Assembly (NCBI GenBank): GCA_036511795.1
Contig: DATCBO010000073.1
Location: 10,773-74,772 of the forward strand
Reading direction: 5' to 3'
Source: Xanthobacteraceae bacterium
GTDB lineage: Bacteria > Pseudomonadota > Alphaproteobacteria > Rhizobiales > Xanthobacteraceae
DNA: 64,000 bases
Shown here: positions 9,923-21,136 of the stretch, in pieces
Layout of the letters: the number at the start of each line of letters is the position of its first letter
Numbering within the stretch: the first letter of the stretch is position 1
Notes under the pieces: generated by a model
Database searches by the model: none
Told to the model about the DNA's origin: nothing
What the model saw: only the letters and a program-made list of their open reading frames with translations
Translations under genes and position numbers: made by a program

Positions 9923-10954
9923 TCAGGGCACGCGCCGTCCCAGCAGTTTGGCCGCCTTGCGGGCAACGTCCGCGGGCGTGCGATAGACCGCATCGATGAA
10001 AGTTGCGATCTCGCTGCCACGCATCGGCGAGAAACTTAAGCTCGATTTGGCGAGGTCGGCGCGGAATGCTGGATCGGCCATGGTCTCGTCAAAGCCGGCG
10101 CGTAAAGCCACGATCCGCTCTGGCGGCGTACCGGGCGGCGCGGCAAGCGGGCGGTCCATCACCAGCCAGCCGAAAATGAGCTGCATGATCTGCCGCGTCT
10201 CGGCGGTCTTGGCGTAGTCGGCGATCAGGGGCACGCCGGCGAGCCGCGGGTCGCTTTTGAGCGAGGTCTGTACCAGGATGGTGGCGTTATCCTTGCCGAT
10301 GCCGAGACTGTGCAACGAATCCAGGCCGAGACCGCAGAATCCCTCGATCTCGCCGCGTTCGAATGCGAGCCGCAGACCGGAACTGCCGTTATAGCCTTTC
10401 ACCAGCTTGAATTTCGTGCCCAGGAGGCTGTTGAGCACGACCGGAAAATCGTAGGTGCTGGTGCCGGCCGCACCCGTGACCATCTCGCGCTTGAAAACAT
10501 CGTCGAAGGTTTTGATCGCCGATGTTTTGGATACAACGCAAACGTCGCTTTCGGCCGCCGGCGCGCCGATCCAATTGAATTTTCGCGAATCGTATTGGCT
10601 CGGCACGCCGCCGATCACCGGATCGACCGCAATGCTGCCGGCGAACAAGCCGATCTCGGAGCCGTCGCGCGGCGACACGTTGAACAGGCGGTTGGCCGCA
10701 TTCATGCTGCCGGCGCCCGGCATGTTGTGGACGACGATATTGGGGTGGCCCGGGATGTGACCGGCGAGATGCTTGGCGATGATGCGCGTATAGAGATCGG
10801 CGCCGCCGCCGACATTGAAGCCCTCGATCAGGTTGAGGTCGCGTCCCTGGTAAAACGCGGCGGCATCGTCGGCGCGGGTCGAAGGGGAGGCGAGCAGCGC
10901 CACGGTGAAAGAGCAGATGGCCAAAGCGAGGGGCCGACAAGGAAGCTTTCGCAT
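9923..10954 (-). CDS. TctC/Bug-like periplasmic solute-binding protein (divergent subfamily)
   Basis: Signal peptide MRKLPCRPLALAICSFTVALLASPSTRA, then FYQGRDLNLIEGFNVGGGADLYTRIIAKHLAGHIPGHPNIVVHNMPGAGS. Confidence 0.7.
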   Translation of the reverse strand: MRKLPCRPLALAICSFTVALLASPSTRADDAAAFYQGRDLNLIEGFNVGGGADLYTRIIAKHLAGHIPGHPNIVVHNMPGAGSMNAANRLFNVSPRDGSEIGLFAGSIAVDPVIGGVPSQYDSRKFNWIGAPAAESDVCVVSKTSAIKTFDDVFKREMVTGAAGTSTYDFPVVLNSLLGTKFKLVKGYNGSSGLRLAFERGEIEGFCGLGLDSLHSLGIGKDNATILVQTSLKSDPRLAGVPLIADYAKTAETRQIMQLIFGWLVMDRPLAAPPGTPPERIVALRAGFDETMADPAFRADLAKSSLSFSPMRGSEIATFIDAVYRTPADVARKAAKLLGRRVP

Positions 10955-11138
10955 AGGGTTTTACGTGCTGTCGTTGTAGGAAGCGGCGCGGGCCGGCCTT
11001 GGGGCGGGGCAAGCCTAGCACGGCGAAGACCGCATAATGTACACGGCATTCGGTCAGCCCTGGTTTCTTCCCCACGCCAATTCGACTATCATCGCCGGCG
11101 CACGTGGCGCCGCTGGACGCAATGTCGAGGCTGGACAA

Positions 11139-11438
11139 ATGACGCGAATTCTTACCCTGTGCGCTTTCGCTTACCTCGCCTTTATGGTGACGCCCGCGGC
11201 GGCCGGCTGCGATCTACACAGCGAGCATTGCTGGCTGCGCGCGCACCGCGTCATCACTCACAAGGAAAACCACATCGCTTTCCTGGAAGCCAATCCGGAC
11301 GCCGACGACGGCATCAAGGGCCGGATTATTACGCGGCTGCACCACAAGGTTCTGCACATTCGCGCCTATATTGAGCCGCGCTGGCCGCATTGGCCGACGC
11401 CTTGCTGCTACAGCCGGCCGACGCTCTACATCCGCTGA
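11139..11438 (+). CDS. Hypothetical small secreted Cys-containing protein
   Basis: Internal ATG at 11139 with GAGG upstream. MTRILTLCAFAYLAFMVTPAAAGC looks like a signal peptide. Four Cys residues; no family recognised. Confidence 0.4.
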   Translation: MTRILTLCAFAYLAFMVTPAAAGCDLHSEHCWLRAHRVITHKENHIAFLEANPDADDGIKGRIITRLHHKVLHIRAYIEPRWPHWPTPCCYSRPTLYIR

Positions 11439-11457
11439 GCAATTTTGCCGGTACGGG

Positions 11458-14400
11458 TTACTCGGCCGGCGCCGGAGGCGGCGCGCCGAACAGCCCCGGC
11501 ATGAAGCGGCTGCGCTGGCGCTCCGTCCACTGGCCGAGCCGGTCGAGATAAAGATACAGCACCGGGGTGGTGTAGAGCGTCAGAAGCTGGCTGATGATCA
11601 GACCGCCCACGATCGAGATGCCGAGCGGGCGGCGGATTTCGCTGCCGGAGCCGAAGCTCACCGCCAGCGGCACGGCGCCGAGGATCGCCGCCGAGGTCGT
11701 CATCATGATCGGGCGGAAGCGTAACAGACAGGCCTGATAGATCGCGTCGTATGCGCTCAAGTTCCGCGACCGCTTCGCATCGATGGCGAAGTCGATCATC
11801 ATGATCGCGTTCTTCTTGACGATGCCGATCAGCAGAATGACGCCGATGGTGCCGATGATGTCGAATTGGGTATGGAACAGCATCAGCGCCAGAAAGGCGC
11901 CGACGCCGGCCGACGGCAGCGTCGACAGGATGGTGATCGGATGCACATAGCTCTCGTAGAGGATGCCGAGCACGATGTAGACCGCGGCAATCGCCGCCAG
12001 GATCAGCACGATCTCGTTGTTCGCCGACTGGGCGAACAGCTGCGCGGTGCCGGCGAGGTTGCCGTGGATCGACGCCGGCATATGGATATCGTTCACCGCG
12101 GCGTCGATGACCGCGGAGGCTTCGCCGAGCGTAGCGCCAGGCGCCAGGTTGAACGAGATCGTCGAGGCAACGAACAGCCCCTGGTGGCGGACCGCGAGCG
12201 GGGTGTTGCCCGGCCGGTAGTGGCTGACCGCCGACAGCGGCACCATCGTTTCCTTGGTGGTGCTCACCGCCGCGCCTGACGACGTCGCCCCTTTGCCAGT
12301 GTTGGCAAGCGCATTGATGGCGGCATTGCGCGCGGAGTTGTTGTTGGCCGCGGCGGCCGCGGCCGCGGCCGCACCAGCGGCGTTGCCGGCGGCCGATGCG
12401 GTCACGTTGCCGGCCGGCAGGTTCGACGTCGCCGTGCCCGAGGCGTTGCCGCCCGACGTCGAGACATAGATGTCGTCGAGCGACTGCGGATCGTGGGTGT
12501 AGCGCGGATCGATCTCCATGACGACGTGATATTGATTGATGGCGCTGTAGATAACCGACACCTGCCGCTGCCCGAACGCATCGTACAGCGTGTTGTCGAT
12601 CTGCGCCGGCGTGATGCCCAGCCGGGACGCGGTGTCGCGATCAATCACCAGATCGGTTTCCAGGCCCTTTTGCTGCTGATCGGAATTGACGTCGGCGAGC
12701 AGGGAGCTGCGCTCCAACGCCTGGACCAGCTTCGGCGTCCACGCTTCCAGATCATCGGGACTGTCCGACTGCAGCGTGTATTGATATTGCGCGTTGCTCT
12801 GCCGGCCGCCGGCGCGGATATCCTGCACTGGAATGAGAAACAGGCGACCGCCGGGGACGCGCGCGAGCTGCGGCCGAAGCCGCGCGATCACCTGATCAAT
12901 CGGCGGCCGCTGCGTGTTCGGCTTGAGCGAGACGAACACCGAACCGGTATTGATCTGGCCGAAGCCGCCGCCGCTGCCTACCCCGGTGTAACCGACGACG
13001 TGGTCGACCGCCGGATCGGCCTGCACGATCGCCATCATCTGCCGCAGTTTCTGCGTCATCGCCTGGAACGATACGCTCTGATCGGCCTGCAATGCGCCGA
13101 TCAGACGCCCGGTATCTTCCTGCGGGAAGTAGCCCTTGGGAATAATATACGCGAACAGAAAGTTGAGCGCGATTGCCGACAGAAAGATCACGAACACGAT
13201 CCGGCTGTGGCGCAACGCCCAGGCCAGCGAGTACTCATAACCTTCGAGCACACGGTTAAAAAACCTGTTGCGCTGCTGCGCATGCTCGCGCGGCCGCGGG
13301 CGCAGAAACAGCGCCGACAGCATCGGGGTCGTGGTCAGCGAGATGCACAGCGAAATCACGATCGCGAGCGACAGCGTCAGCGTGAATTCGCGGAACAGCC
13401 GGCCGAGAATGCCGCCCAGCAGCAGGATTGGCGTGAATACCGCGACCAGCGACAGGCTGATCGACAACACCGTGAAGCCGACCTCGCGCGCGCCGCGCAA
13501 AGCGGCCTCCATGCGAGGCACGCCCTCGTCGAGGTGACGCGAGATGTTTTCCAGAACCACAATGGCGTCGTCGACAACGAAACCGGTCGCGATGGTCAGC
13601 GCCATCAGCGACAGAATATCGAGGCTATAACCCAACAGATACATCGCGCCGAACGTGCCGAGCAGCGAAACCGGCACCGCGATGCTCGGGATGAGCGTGG
13701 CGCGCAGATCGCGGAGAAACAGATAGACCACCAGGGTGACCAGGATGATGGCGATCACCAGCGTGGCTTCCGTGTCGTGGAGCGAGGTGCGGATTGTGGT
13801 CGAGCGGTCGATGGCGATGTCGACATGCATATCGCCCGGCATCGCTGCTTCCAGGTTCGGCAATTCAGCCTTCACGCCATCAATGGTATCGATGATGTTG
13901 CCGCCGGGCTGGCGGAACAGGATGACGAGGACCGAGGGCTTGCCGCTGGAAAGGCCCAAATTGCGCACGTCTTCGACGGAATCGAAGACGTGGGCGACGT
14001 CGGAAAGCTGCACCGCGGCGCCGTTACGATAGGCGATGACGAGCGGCAAGTAATCCGCCGCCTTGCTCGCCTGATCGTTGGTGTAGAGCTGATAGCGTTG
14101 CGTGCCGTCGTCGATCGAGCCCTTGGGGCTGTTGGCGTTGGCCGAGGCGAGCGCCGCGCGCACGTCTTCCAGTCCAATGCCGTATTTGAACAGCGCCTGC
14201 GGATTGAGATCGACGCGCACTGCCGGCAGCGTCGAGCCGCCGATAATGACTTGGCCGATGCCGGATAGCTGCGACAGCCGCTGCGCCAGCACGTTGCTGG
14301 CCGCGTCGTACATCTGGCCCTGGGTGAGCGTATCCGAGGTCAGCGCCAGGATGAGGATCGGCGCGTCGGCCGGATTGACCTTGCGGTAGGTCGGATTGGT

Positions 14401-14772
14401 CCGCAGTGACGACGGCAGATCCGCGCGCGCCGCATTGATCGCTGCCTGCACGTCGCGGGCGGCGCCGTCGATGTCGCGGTTGAGGTCGAACTGCAGCGTG
14501 ATGCGGGCCTGGCCGATGCCGCTCTGCGACGTCATCTCGCTGACATCCGCGATCTGCCCGAGATGGCGCTCCAGCGGCGCGGCAACGCTGGTGGCGACGG
14601 TCATCGGACTGGCGCCGGGCAGCTGGGCGCTGACCGAAATCGTTGGGAAGTCGACTTGCGGCAGCGGCGCCACCGGCAATCGGGAAAAGCCCAGCACTCC
14701 GGCAAAGGCGATGCCAAGTGTCAGCAGCGTCGTCGCCACCGGCCGGGCGATGAAAGGGGCTGAAATATTCAT
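11458..14772 (-). CDS. mdtC: RND multidrug efflux permease, MdtC-like, with Ala/Asn/Gly-rich insertion
   Basis: 1104 aa. The AcrB/MdtC pattern runs throughout ([21 protein letters not shown]...[11 protein letters not shown]...). Overlaps the upstream RND gene by 4 nt. Confidence 0.9.
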   Translation of the reverse strand: MNISAPFIARPVATTLLTLGIAFAGVLGFSRLPVAPLPQVDFPTISVSAQLPGASPMTVATSVAAPLERHLGQIADVSEMTSQSGIGQARITLQFDLNRDIDGAARDVQAAINAARADLPSSLRTNPTYRKVNPADAPILILALTSDTLTQGQMYDAASNVLAQRLSQLSGIGQVIIGGSTLPAVRVDLNPQALFKYGIGLEDVRAALASANANSPKGSIDDGTQRYQLYTNDQASKAADYLPLVIAYRNGAAVQLSDVAHVFDSVEDVRNLGLSSGKPSVLVILFRQPGGNIIDTIDGVKAELPNLEAAMPGDMHVDIAIDRSTTIRTSLHDTEATLVIAIILVTLVVYLFLRDLRATLIPSIAVPVSLLGTFGAMYLLGYSLDILSLMALTIATGFVVDDAIVVLENISRHLDEGVPRMEAALRGAREVGFTVLSISLSLVAVFTPILLLGGILGRLFREFTLTLSLAIVISLCISLTTTPMLSALFLRPRPREHAQQRNRFFNRVLEGYEYSLAWALRHSRIVFVIFLSAIALNFLFAYIIPKGYFPQEDTGRLIGALQADQSVSFQAMTQKLRQMMAIVQADPAVDHVVGYTGVGSGGGFGQINTGSVFVSLKPNTQRPPIDQVIARLRPQLARVPGGRLFLIPVQDIRAGGRQSNAQYQYTLQSDSPDDLEAWTPKLVQALERSSLLADVNSDQQQKGLETDLVIDRDTASRLGITPAQIDNTLYDAFGQRQVSVIYSAINQYHVVMEIDPRYTHDPQSLDDIYVSTSGGNASGTATSNLPAGNVTASAAGNAAGAAAAAAAAANNNSARNAAINALANTGKGATSSGAAVSTTKETMVPLSAVSHYRPGNTPLAVRHQGLFVASTISFNLAPGATLGEASAVIDAAVNDIHMPASIHGNLAGTAQLFAQSANNEIVLILAAIAAVYIVLGILYESYVHPITILSTLPSAGVGAFLALMLFHTQFDIIGTIGVILLIGIVKKNAIMMIDFAIDAKRSRNLSAYDAIYQACLLRFRPIMMTTSAAILGAVPLAVSFGSGSEIRRPLGISIVGGLIISQLLTLYTTPVLYLYLDRLGQWTERQRSRFMPGLFGAPPPAPAE

Positions 14773-17700
14773 TCGGCCGGCTCACCGCGGGCCAACGGAC
14801 CAGCGGCGGGGCGTCCGGTCAGACGTAGGGCCAACCGGTCGAAATAGAGATAAATGACGGGCGTCGTGAACAGCGTGAGCAACTGGCTGAGGATCAGTCC
14901 GCCGACGAGAACAAGGCCAAGCGGCTGGCGGAGTTCCGAACCGGTGCCCGTGCCGAGGAGCAACGGCAACGCACCGAGAATGGCGGCCATCGTGGTCATC
15001 ATGATCGGCCGGAAGCGCAACAGGCACGCCTGATAGATCGCCTCGCGCGGCGGCAAGCCCTCGACGCGCTCGGCTTCGAGCGCGAAGTCGATCATCATGA
15101 TGCCGTTCTTCTTGACGATGCCGATCAAGAGGATGATGCCGATGATCGAAATGACGTTGAGATCGTAGCCAAGCGCCATCATCGACAGCAGCGCGCCGAC
15201 GCCGGCGGATGGCAGGGTCGACAGAATGGTAATCGGGTGAACGAAGCTCTCGTAGAGCACGCCGAGCACGATGTACATCGCCACGATGGCGGCGAGGAAC
15301 AGAAACACCTCGTTGCTCAGCGAGGATTGAAACGCTGCGGCTGTGCCTTGGAACGCGGTGATGAAGCTCTTGGGCAGGCCGATATCGGTTTCGGTCTGCT
15401 GGATCGCGGCAATCGCCTTGTCGATCGAGTAGCCCGGACCGGTATTGAACGAAATCGTGGTCGCAGGGAACTGGCCATAATGGGTTACCACCAGGGGCCC
15501 GGTGCGCTGCTCGATATGGGTGATCGCCGATAGCGGCACCTGACCGTTGGTGGCCGACGACGACGACGGCAGATAGATGCTCGACAATCCGGCGAGCGAG
15601 CGCTGCAGCGCCGGGTCAAGTTCGAGGACGACACGATACTGGTTGGATTGCGTATAGATGGTCGAGACGATGCGCTGGCCGAAGGCATCGTAAAGCGCGT
15701 TGTCGACGGTGGCCGGCGTGATGCCGAAACGGCTGGCGGTGGCGCGATCGATGACGAGATCGACCGCTAGCCCCTGCTGCTGCAGATCGCTGGCGACGCC
15801 GGACAGCTGCGGCTGCCGGTTCAGGCGATCGACCAGTTTCGGCACCCAAGCGGCGAATTCGGTAGGGTTGGCGTCTTCGAGCACGAAATTGTAAGGCGCG
15901 CGCGTGATCGTCGAATCGATCGTCAGGTCCTGCACCGGCTGCATGTAGAGGGTAATGCCGATCACGCCGGCGACCTCACGCTGCAGCCGCTGGATGATTG
16001 TGCTGGCCGACAGATTGCGCTCGTCGTGCGGCTTGAGCGTGATCAGAAACCGCCCCGTGTTGAGCGTCTGGTTGGTGCCGTCGACGCCCACATAGGAACT
16101 CAGGTTGACGACGTCCGGATCCTTGAGCACCGCCTCGGCGAGCCGGTTCTGCAGCACCGACATCTGCTGATAGGAGACGCTCTGCGACGCTTCGGTGATG
16201 GCCTGAATGAGACCGGTGTCCTGCACCGGGAAGAAGCCCTTGGGAATCTCGTAATAGAGCAGAACGGTGAACACGAGCGTCAGTATCGCGACCAGCAACG
16301 TCAGGGGCTGACGGTCCAGCACCCAGGTCAGCGCGCGGCCGTAACCGGCGATCATGACGTTGAAAGCGTTCTCGGCGCTCACGTCGAAGGCGCCGCGCTC
16401 GGATTGCGGGCGGTGCCGGATCAGCCTGGCGCACATCATCGGCACCAGCGTCAGCGACACGACGGCCGAAATCACGATGGTGATGGCGAGCGTGATGGCG
16501 AATTCGTGAAACAGCCGTCCGACCACGTCGCCCATGAACAACAGCGGAATGAGCACCGCGATCAGCGAGATGGTCAGCGAAATGATGGTGAAGCCGATTT
16601 GCTCGGAACCGCGCAGCGCCGCATCGAGCGGCGACATGCCGCCTTCGACATAGCGCGCGATGTTCTCGATCATGACGATGGCGTCGTCGACCACGAACCC
16701 GGTGGCGATGGTCAGCGCCATCAAGGACAGATTGTCGAGCGAAAAGCCGAGCAGGTACATGGCGCCAAACGTACCGCCCAGCGACAGCGGCACCGAAAGG
16801 CTCGGAATGATCGTGCCCGGCAGCGTGCGCAAGAACACGAAAATCACGATCACCACCAGGACGACCGCAAGCGCCAGTTCGAATTCCACGTCGGCGACCG
16901 AGGCGCGGATCGTGACGGTGCGGTTGCTGATGATGGTGAGGTCGACGGCGGCCGGCAGCGTCGCGCGCAGCGCCGGCAACAGCGATTGGATGCGGTCGAC
17001 GACCTGGATGATGTTGGCGCCGGGCTGGCGCTGCACCGACAGGACGATCGCCGGCGTGGTGTTGTACCAGGCGCCGAGCTTGGTGTTTTCCGGTCCGCTG
17101 ACGATGCTGGCGACGTCCGACAGCCGCACCGGACCGCCGTTACGATAGGCAATGATCAGATCGCGATACTGATCGGCGCTGGTGAGCTGGTCGTTGGCGT
17201 TGATGGTCGAGGCCTGTGTGGTACCGTCGAAATTGCCCTTCGGCGTATTGACGTTGAGGGTGCCGATCGTGGTGCGGATGTCGTCGATGGCAATCCCGTA
17301 GGCGGCGAGCGATTGCGGATTGAGCTGAATGCGCACCGCCGGCCGCTGCCCGCCGCTGATGCTGACAAGTCCGACGCCGTTGAGCTGCGAGATCTTCTGG
17401 GCGAGGCTGGTTTCGCTCATATCTTCGAGCGTCGTCAGCGGCAGCGTCTTCGACGTTACCGCGATGGTCAGGATCGGCGCGTCCGCCGGATTGACCTTGG
17501 CGTAGATCGGGGGCGTCGGCAGGTCGCTCGGCAGCAGATTGCCGGCGGCATTGATCGAGGCCTGCACCTCTTGTTCGGCGACGTCGAGCGAAAGATCGAG
17601 ACTGAACTGCAGCGTGATCACCGAGGCGCCGGCGGAACTCGCCGACGTCATCTGGTTCAATCCGGGCATCTGGCCGAACTGACGCTCGAGCGGCGCGGTG

Positions 17701-17888
17701 ACCGACGAGGTCATCACTTCCGGACTCGCGCCCGGATAAAGCGTCTGCACCTGGATCGTCGGATAATCGACTTCGGGGAGCGTCGATAGCGGCAGGAACG
17801 TGTAGGCGATGATGCCGGACAGCATGATCGCCACCATGAAAAGCGTGGTGGCGACCGGACGCAGGATGAAGGGTTCGGAGACGTTCAT
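14769..17888 (-). CDS. mdtB: RND multidrug efflux permease, MdtB-like
   Basis: 1039 aa; [25 protein letters not shown]...[14 protein letters not shown]; paralogue of the downstream gene. Confidence 0.9.
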   Translation of the reverse strand: MNVSEPFILRPVATTLFMVAIMLSGIIAYTFLPLSTLPEVDYPTIQVQTLYPGASPEVMTSSVTAPLERQFGQMPGLNQMTSASSAGASVITLQFSLDLSLDVAEQEVQASINAAGNLLPSDLPTPPIYAKVNPADAPILTIAVTSKTLPLTTLEDMSETSLAQKISQLNGVGLVSISGGQRPAVRIQLNPQSLAAYGIAIDDIRTTIGTLNVNTPKGNFDGTTQASTINANDQLTSADQYRDLIIAYRNGGPVRLSDVASIVSGPENTKLGAWYNTTPAIVLSVQRQPGANIIQVVDRIQSLLPALRATLPAAVDLTIISNRTVTIRASVADVEFELALAVVLVVIVIFVFLRTLPGTIIPSLSVPLSLGGTFGAMYLLGFSLDNLSLMALTIATGFVVDDAIVMIENIARYVEGGMSPLDAALRGSEQIGFTIISLTISLIAVLIPLLFMGDVVGRLFHEFAITLAITIVISAVVSLTLVPMMCARLIRHRPQSERGAFDVSAENAFNVMIAGYGRALTWVLDRQPLTLLVAILTLVFTVLLYYEIPKGFFPVQDTGLIQAITEASQSVSYQQMSVLQNRLAEAVLKDPDVVNLSSYVGVDGTNQTLNTGRFLITLKPHDERNLSASTIIQRLQREVAGVIGITLYMQPVQDLTIDSTITRAPYNFVLEDANPTEFAAWVPKLVDRLNRQPQLSGVASDLQQQGLAVDLVIDRATASRFGITPATVDNALYDAFGQRIVSTIYTQSNQYRVVLELDPALQRSLAGLSSIYLPSSSSATNGQVPLSAITHIEQRTGPLVVTHYGQFPATTISFNTGPGYSIDKAIAAIQQTETDIGLPKSFITAFQGTAAAFQSSLSNEVFLFLAAIVAMYIVLGVLYESFVHPITILSTLPSAGVGALLSMMALGYDLNVISIIGIILLIGIVKKNGIMMIDFALEAERVEGLPPREAIYQACLLRFRPIMMTTMAAILGALPLLLGTGTGSELRQPLGLVLVGGLILSQLLTLFTTPVIYLYFDRLALRLTGRPAAGPLARGEPAE

Positions 17889-17943
17889 CTCATCGAGTCA
17901 TCGTTGCGCCTGGATGCGGACGTCGGCAGCCGTCCGCTGCCCG

Positions 17944-19317
17944 CTACTGGCCTGCAGAGCCGCCGCCCTGGCGGTGCGAATGGCCGCCGCCTTTGCCCTT
18001 TTGTCCGCCGCCTCCTGCGGGAGCGGCCGCCGGCGCGACTTGTTTGCCGTCGACGCTGCTGACGTTGACGTGCAGGCCGTCGCGCAGCCGGTCGGCGCCA
18101 TCGGTGACGACCTTGTCGCCGGCCGCAAGCCCGGTTTCCACGGTCGTCATGCTGGAGCCGTGCGGAGCCACGAAGGCCGGACCGACGGTGATCTGGCGCA
18201 CCGAGACGGTGTTGTTGGCGTTGACCAGATAAACATAAGTGCCCAGCGCGCCGCCCGGCGTGGCACCCGGTGCGCCGCGCTGGATCGCCGCGGTCGGAAC
18301 CGTCAGCGCATTCTGCAACGTCTTCACCAGAAGCTGAGCGTTGACGAACTGATTGGGAAACAGCGCGTTGTCGGCATTATCAAACTGCGCGCGCACGTTG
18401 ACGGTGCCGGTGGTTGTATTGATCTGACTGTCGACGGCGATGACGGTGCCGACGGCAAGCTTTTTGACATTGGAACGGTCGAAGATGGTGACCTGCAGCT
18501 TGGTGCCGGCGTTCAATTGCGGCATGATATCCGGCAGATCATCTTCGGGAATCGCGAAGATCACGGTAATCGGCTGCAGTTCGGTGACGACGGCGAGCCC
18601 GGTCGCGCTGCTCGACTGCACGTAATTGCCCGGATCAACCAGACGCAGCCCGATCCGGCCGGTGACCGGAGAGGCGATGTGACAGTACGCGATGTTTAGC
18701 GCCTGGGCGTCGATCAGCGCCTGATCTTGTTTCACCGTGCCTTGGTATTGCTGCACGATGAAGACCTGATCCTCGGCCTGCTGCTTGGCGATCGAATTTT
18801 GTGCCGCCAGCGTCTGATAGCGCTTGAGGTCCATTTGCGCCTGGCTGAGCAGGCCTTGATCGTGCGCAAGCTGGCCTTCGTACTGGGCTTTCAAGATCAC
18901 ATAAGGGCGGTCATCGATCTGCGCCAGCAACTGGCCCTTCTGCACCGTCTGGCCCTCGGTGAATGCGACCTTGGTGAGGTAACCGCTGATCTGGGACTGC
19001 ACCGTGACAGTGGCGATCGGCGTCACAGTGCCGAGGGCGTTGACCACGACCGGAACGTTATTGGTCACGACCGTCGAAGCGCCGACGGATTGCGTCGCGC
19101 TCACTGCCACGCGTCCGGTCGGCGCCTTGCCCGCCGTCACCCAACGCGCGATCTGATAAGTGCCGAGCGCGAGAAGCGCGACAACGATCAGCCCAATGCC
19201 GATGCGCGTCGCGGTGAACCGGCGCGCCTTGACGGCCGGCTCGGGCGCGGTTCGCCGCAGGCTCGGCGCCAAGTCCGGCGCCAAGTCATCGTTCGTAGTG
19301 CGCGTTCGTTCGTCCAT
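17944..19317 (-). CDS. mdtA: RND efflux periplasmic adaptor (membrane fusion protein), MdtA-like
   Basis: 457 aa with an N-terminal TM, lipoyl/beta-barrel motifs (VQSQISGYLTKVAFTEGQTVQKGQLLAQID...ASPVTGRIGLRLVDPGNYV) and a Gly/Lys-rich C-tail. Confidence 0.9.
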   Translation of the reverse strand: MDERTRTTNDDLAPDLAPSLRRTAPEPAVKARRFTATRIGIGLIVVALLALGTYQIARWVTAGKAPTGRVAVSATQSVGASTVVTNNVPVVVNALGTVTPIATVTVQSQISGYLTKVAFTEGQTVQKGQLLAQIDDRPYVILKAQYEGQLAHDQGLLSQAQMDLKRYQTLAAQNSIAKQQAEDQVFIVQQYQGTVKQDQALIDAQALNIAYCHIASPVTGRIGLRLVDPGNYVQSSSATGLAVVTELQPITVIFAIPEDDLPDIMPQLNAGTKLQVTIFDRSNVKKLAVGTVIAVDSQINTTTGTVNVRAQFDNADNALFPNQFVNAQLLVKTLQNALTVPTAAIQRGAPGATPGGALGTYVYLVNANNTVSVRQITVGPAFVAPHGSSMTTVETGLAAGDKVVTDGADRLRDGLHVNVSSVDGKQVAPAAAPAGGGGQKGKGGGHSHRQGGGSAGQ

Positions 19318-19570
19318 CTTGCGCGTTCATTCAGCCAGCAGGTGACGCCATATGCAGGTGACGCCATATAATGTGAGCCGGACGGGTAAGCCTAATGAAT
19401 CTTTGCCAACATTCGCGGCGGTGAGGTTCAAAGGCGGTCCAATTCCGGACTGAAAAAATTGCAGGCACGTCCGCCGCCAAATCGCTCCCCGGGGACCAGT
19501 CTCCTAGGAATCGGCCTAAAAATCAAGGGTTTGGGCGGAATTCGTCGCTTCGGAGCTGCCGCGGTACGGC

Positions 19571-21136
19571 TTATTGTGTGGGCAGTTGCGGCAGCAGTGA
19601 GAACGACTGCTGGAGTTCCTTCTGGGTCGGCATCAGCGTCGTATCCCAGGTGCCGCCGAGGTTCTCGATCAGGGTGACGCTCGCCTGGAACAGGTTCTGC
19701 CGGGTGGTCAATGCCGCTTGCTCGTCGCCCAGCAGCGTCACCTCCGCGGTCACCACCGTGGTGAACGCCACCGTGCCGGCCTGGAACTGATTCAAATACA
19801 CGTTGACCGCGATGCGAGCGTTTTTAACCGCGGATTCCTGGACTGCGAGCTGTTGCGACAACAGACGCATGGCGGCGAGTTGATCCTCGACGCCCTGGAA
19901 CGCGGCGAGCACGGTCTGGCGGTAGGTGGCGACGCTTTGCCAATAGGCTGCCCGCGCTGCATCAAGCTGTGCGGAGTGCAGGCCGCCGTCGAAGATCGGT
20001 TCGGACGCGGCAGCGCCGAGCGACCAGACTTCGTTGGCGGCGCTGAACGGCAGCGGGTTCTTGCCGATCCATTGCAGCACGCCGGACAGGCTGATGTCCG
20101 GAAAGAACGCCGCCTCGGCGACGCCGATCAGCGCATTCTCTTCCTGCATGGTGCGTTCAGCCTGCGCGATATCGGGCCGTCGTTCGAGCAGCGTCGAGGG
20201 AATAGTCACGGGGACCCGCGGCGGCATACCGATCAGGGCGTCATGCCCAACGGTCAGTTCGGCGGGCGGCCGGCCGGTGAGCATGGCGATGGCGTGTTCG
20301 TATTGCGCGCGCAGCACACCGGAATTGATTTCCTGCGCTTGCGCGGATTCGACCTGGGCCTGCGCCGTCGCCACGTCGCCGCTCGTGACCGAATAGCCTG
20401 CGTTGTACTGATTCTGGACGATCTGCAGAGTGTGCTTATATTCCGCGACCGTGCGGACGAGTAGATCGTGCAGCGCGTCCGCCGCGCGCAGATTGAAATA
20501 GGCAGTGGCGAGTAAGGCCTGCTGGGACAGTTTGACGTTGGCGAGGTCGGCGGCGCTGGCCTGTGCCGCAGCGGTGTTGGACTCGATCTGCCGCCTGATT
20601 TTGCCCCAGACGTCGAGGTCCCAGCTTCCATTCAGCGCCGGCGTGTAGGTCGTCGAATAGGTGCCGCCGCCACCTCCGCCGCCGCCTCCGAAGCCCGATC
20701 CACCGCCGCCGCTGACGTTCGGTCCGCGCCGCGATCGCGTGGCCGTGTAAGTGCCGGTGAGCATCGGAAACAGTGAGGCCTGCGCTTCTCTAATGAGGGC
20801 GCGGGCCTGCTCATAAACCGCAGCCTGCACGGCGACGTTCTGATTCGAGATCTCGACTTGCCGCATCAGGACGGCGAGTCGCTTGTCGCGATAGACGTTC
20901 CACCAATCGCCGCGGTCGAGCGCGTCGCTTGGCCTGGCAAGCTTCCAGCCTTTCAATTCCTTGAATTTCGCGGGCACCGGCGCCGCCGCCGGCGTGTAAT
21001 TCGGGCCGAGCGCACAGGCGGACAGAAAGAATGCCAAACTCGACGCGGCTAAAGCGGTCGTGGCGATCGGGCGTGCGCGGATGACGCGCCGCACCAAGCC
21101 AACGCCACGCAACACCGCATGGGCCAACGCCTGCAC
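19571..21136 (-). CDS. NodT-family outer-membrane efflux lipoprotein
   Basis: 521 aa; lipobox FFLSAC; PDIAQAERTMQEENALIGVAEAAFFPDISL is typical of OprM/NodT OMFs. Contains a Gly run. Confidence 0.9.
   Translation of the reverse strand: MQALAHAVLRGVGLVRRVIRARPIATTALAASSLAFFLSACALGPNYTPAAAPVPAKFKELKGWKLARPSDALDRGDWWNVYRDKRLAVLMRQVEISNQNVAVQAAVYEQARALIREAQASLFPMLTGTYTATRSRRGPNVSGGGGSGFGGGGGGGGGTYSTTYTPALNGSWDLDVWGKIRRQIESNTAAAQASAADLANVKLSQQALLATAYFNLRAADALHDLLVRTVAEYKHTLQIVQNQYNAGYSVTSGDVATAQAQVESAQAQEINSGVLRAQYEHAIAMLTGRPPAELTVGHDALIGMPPRVPVTIPSTLLERRPDIAQAERTMQEENALIGVAEAAFFPDISLSGVLQWIGKNPLPFSAANEVWSLGAAASEPIFDGGLHSAQLDAARAAYWQSVATYRQTVLAAFQGVEDQLAAMRLLSQQLAVQESAVKNARIAVNVYLNQFQAGTVAFTTVVTAEVTLLGDEQAALTTRQNLFQASVTLIENLGGTWDTTLMPTQKELQQSFSLLPQLPTQ

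Noticed and set aside
12493-14268. 591-aa plus-strand ORF (and the similar 587-aa ORF at 16026-17789) inside the RND genes
   Set aside because: They are antisense shadows of clearly homologous RND permease genes. Their translations are Arg/Asp/Gly/His-rich low-complexity with no family resemblance, typical of high-GC DNA.
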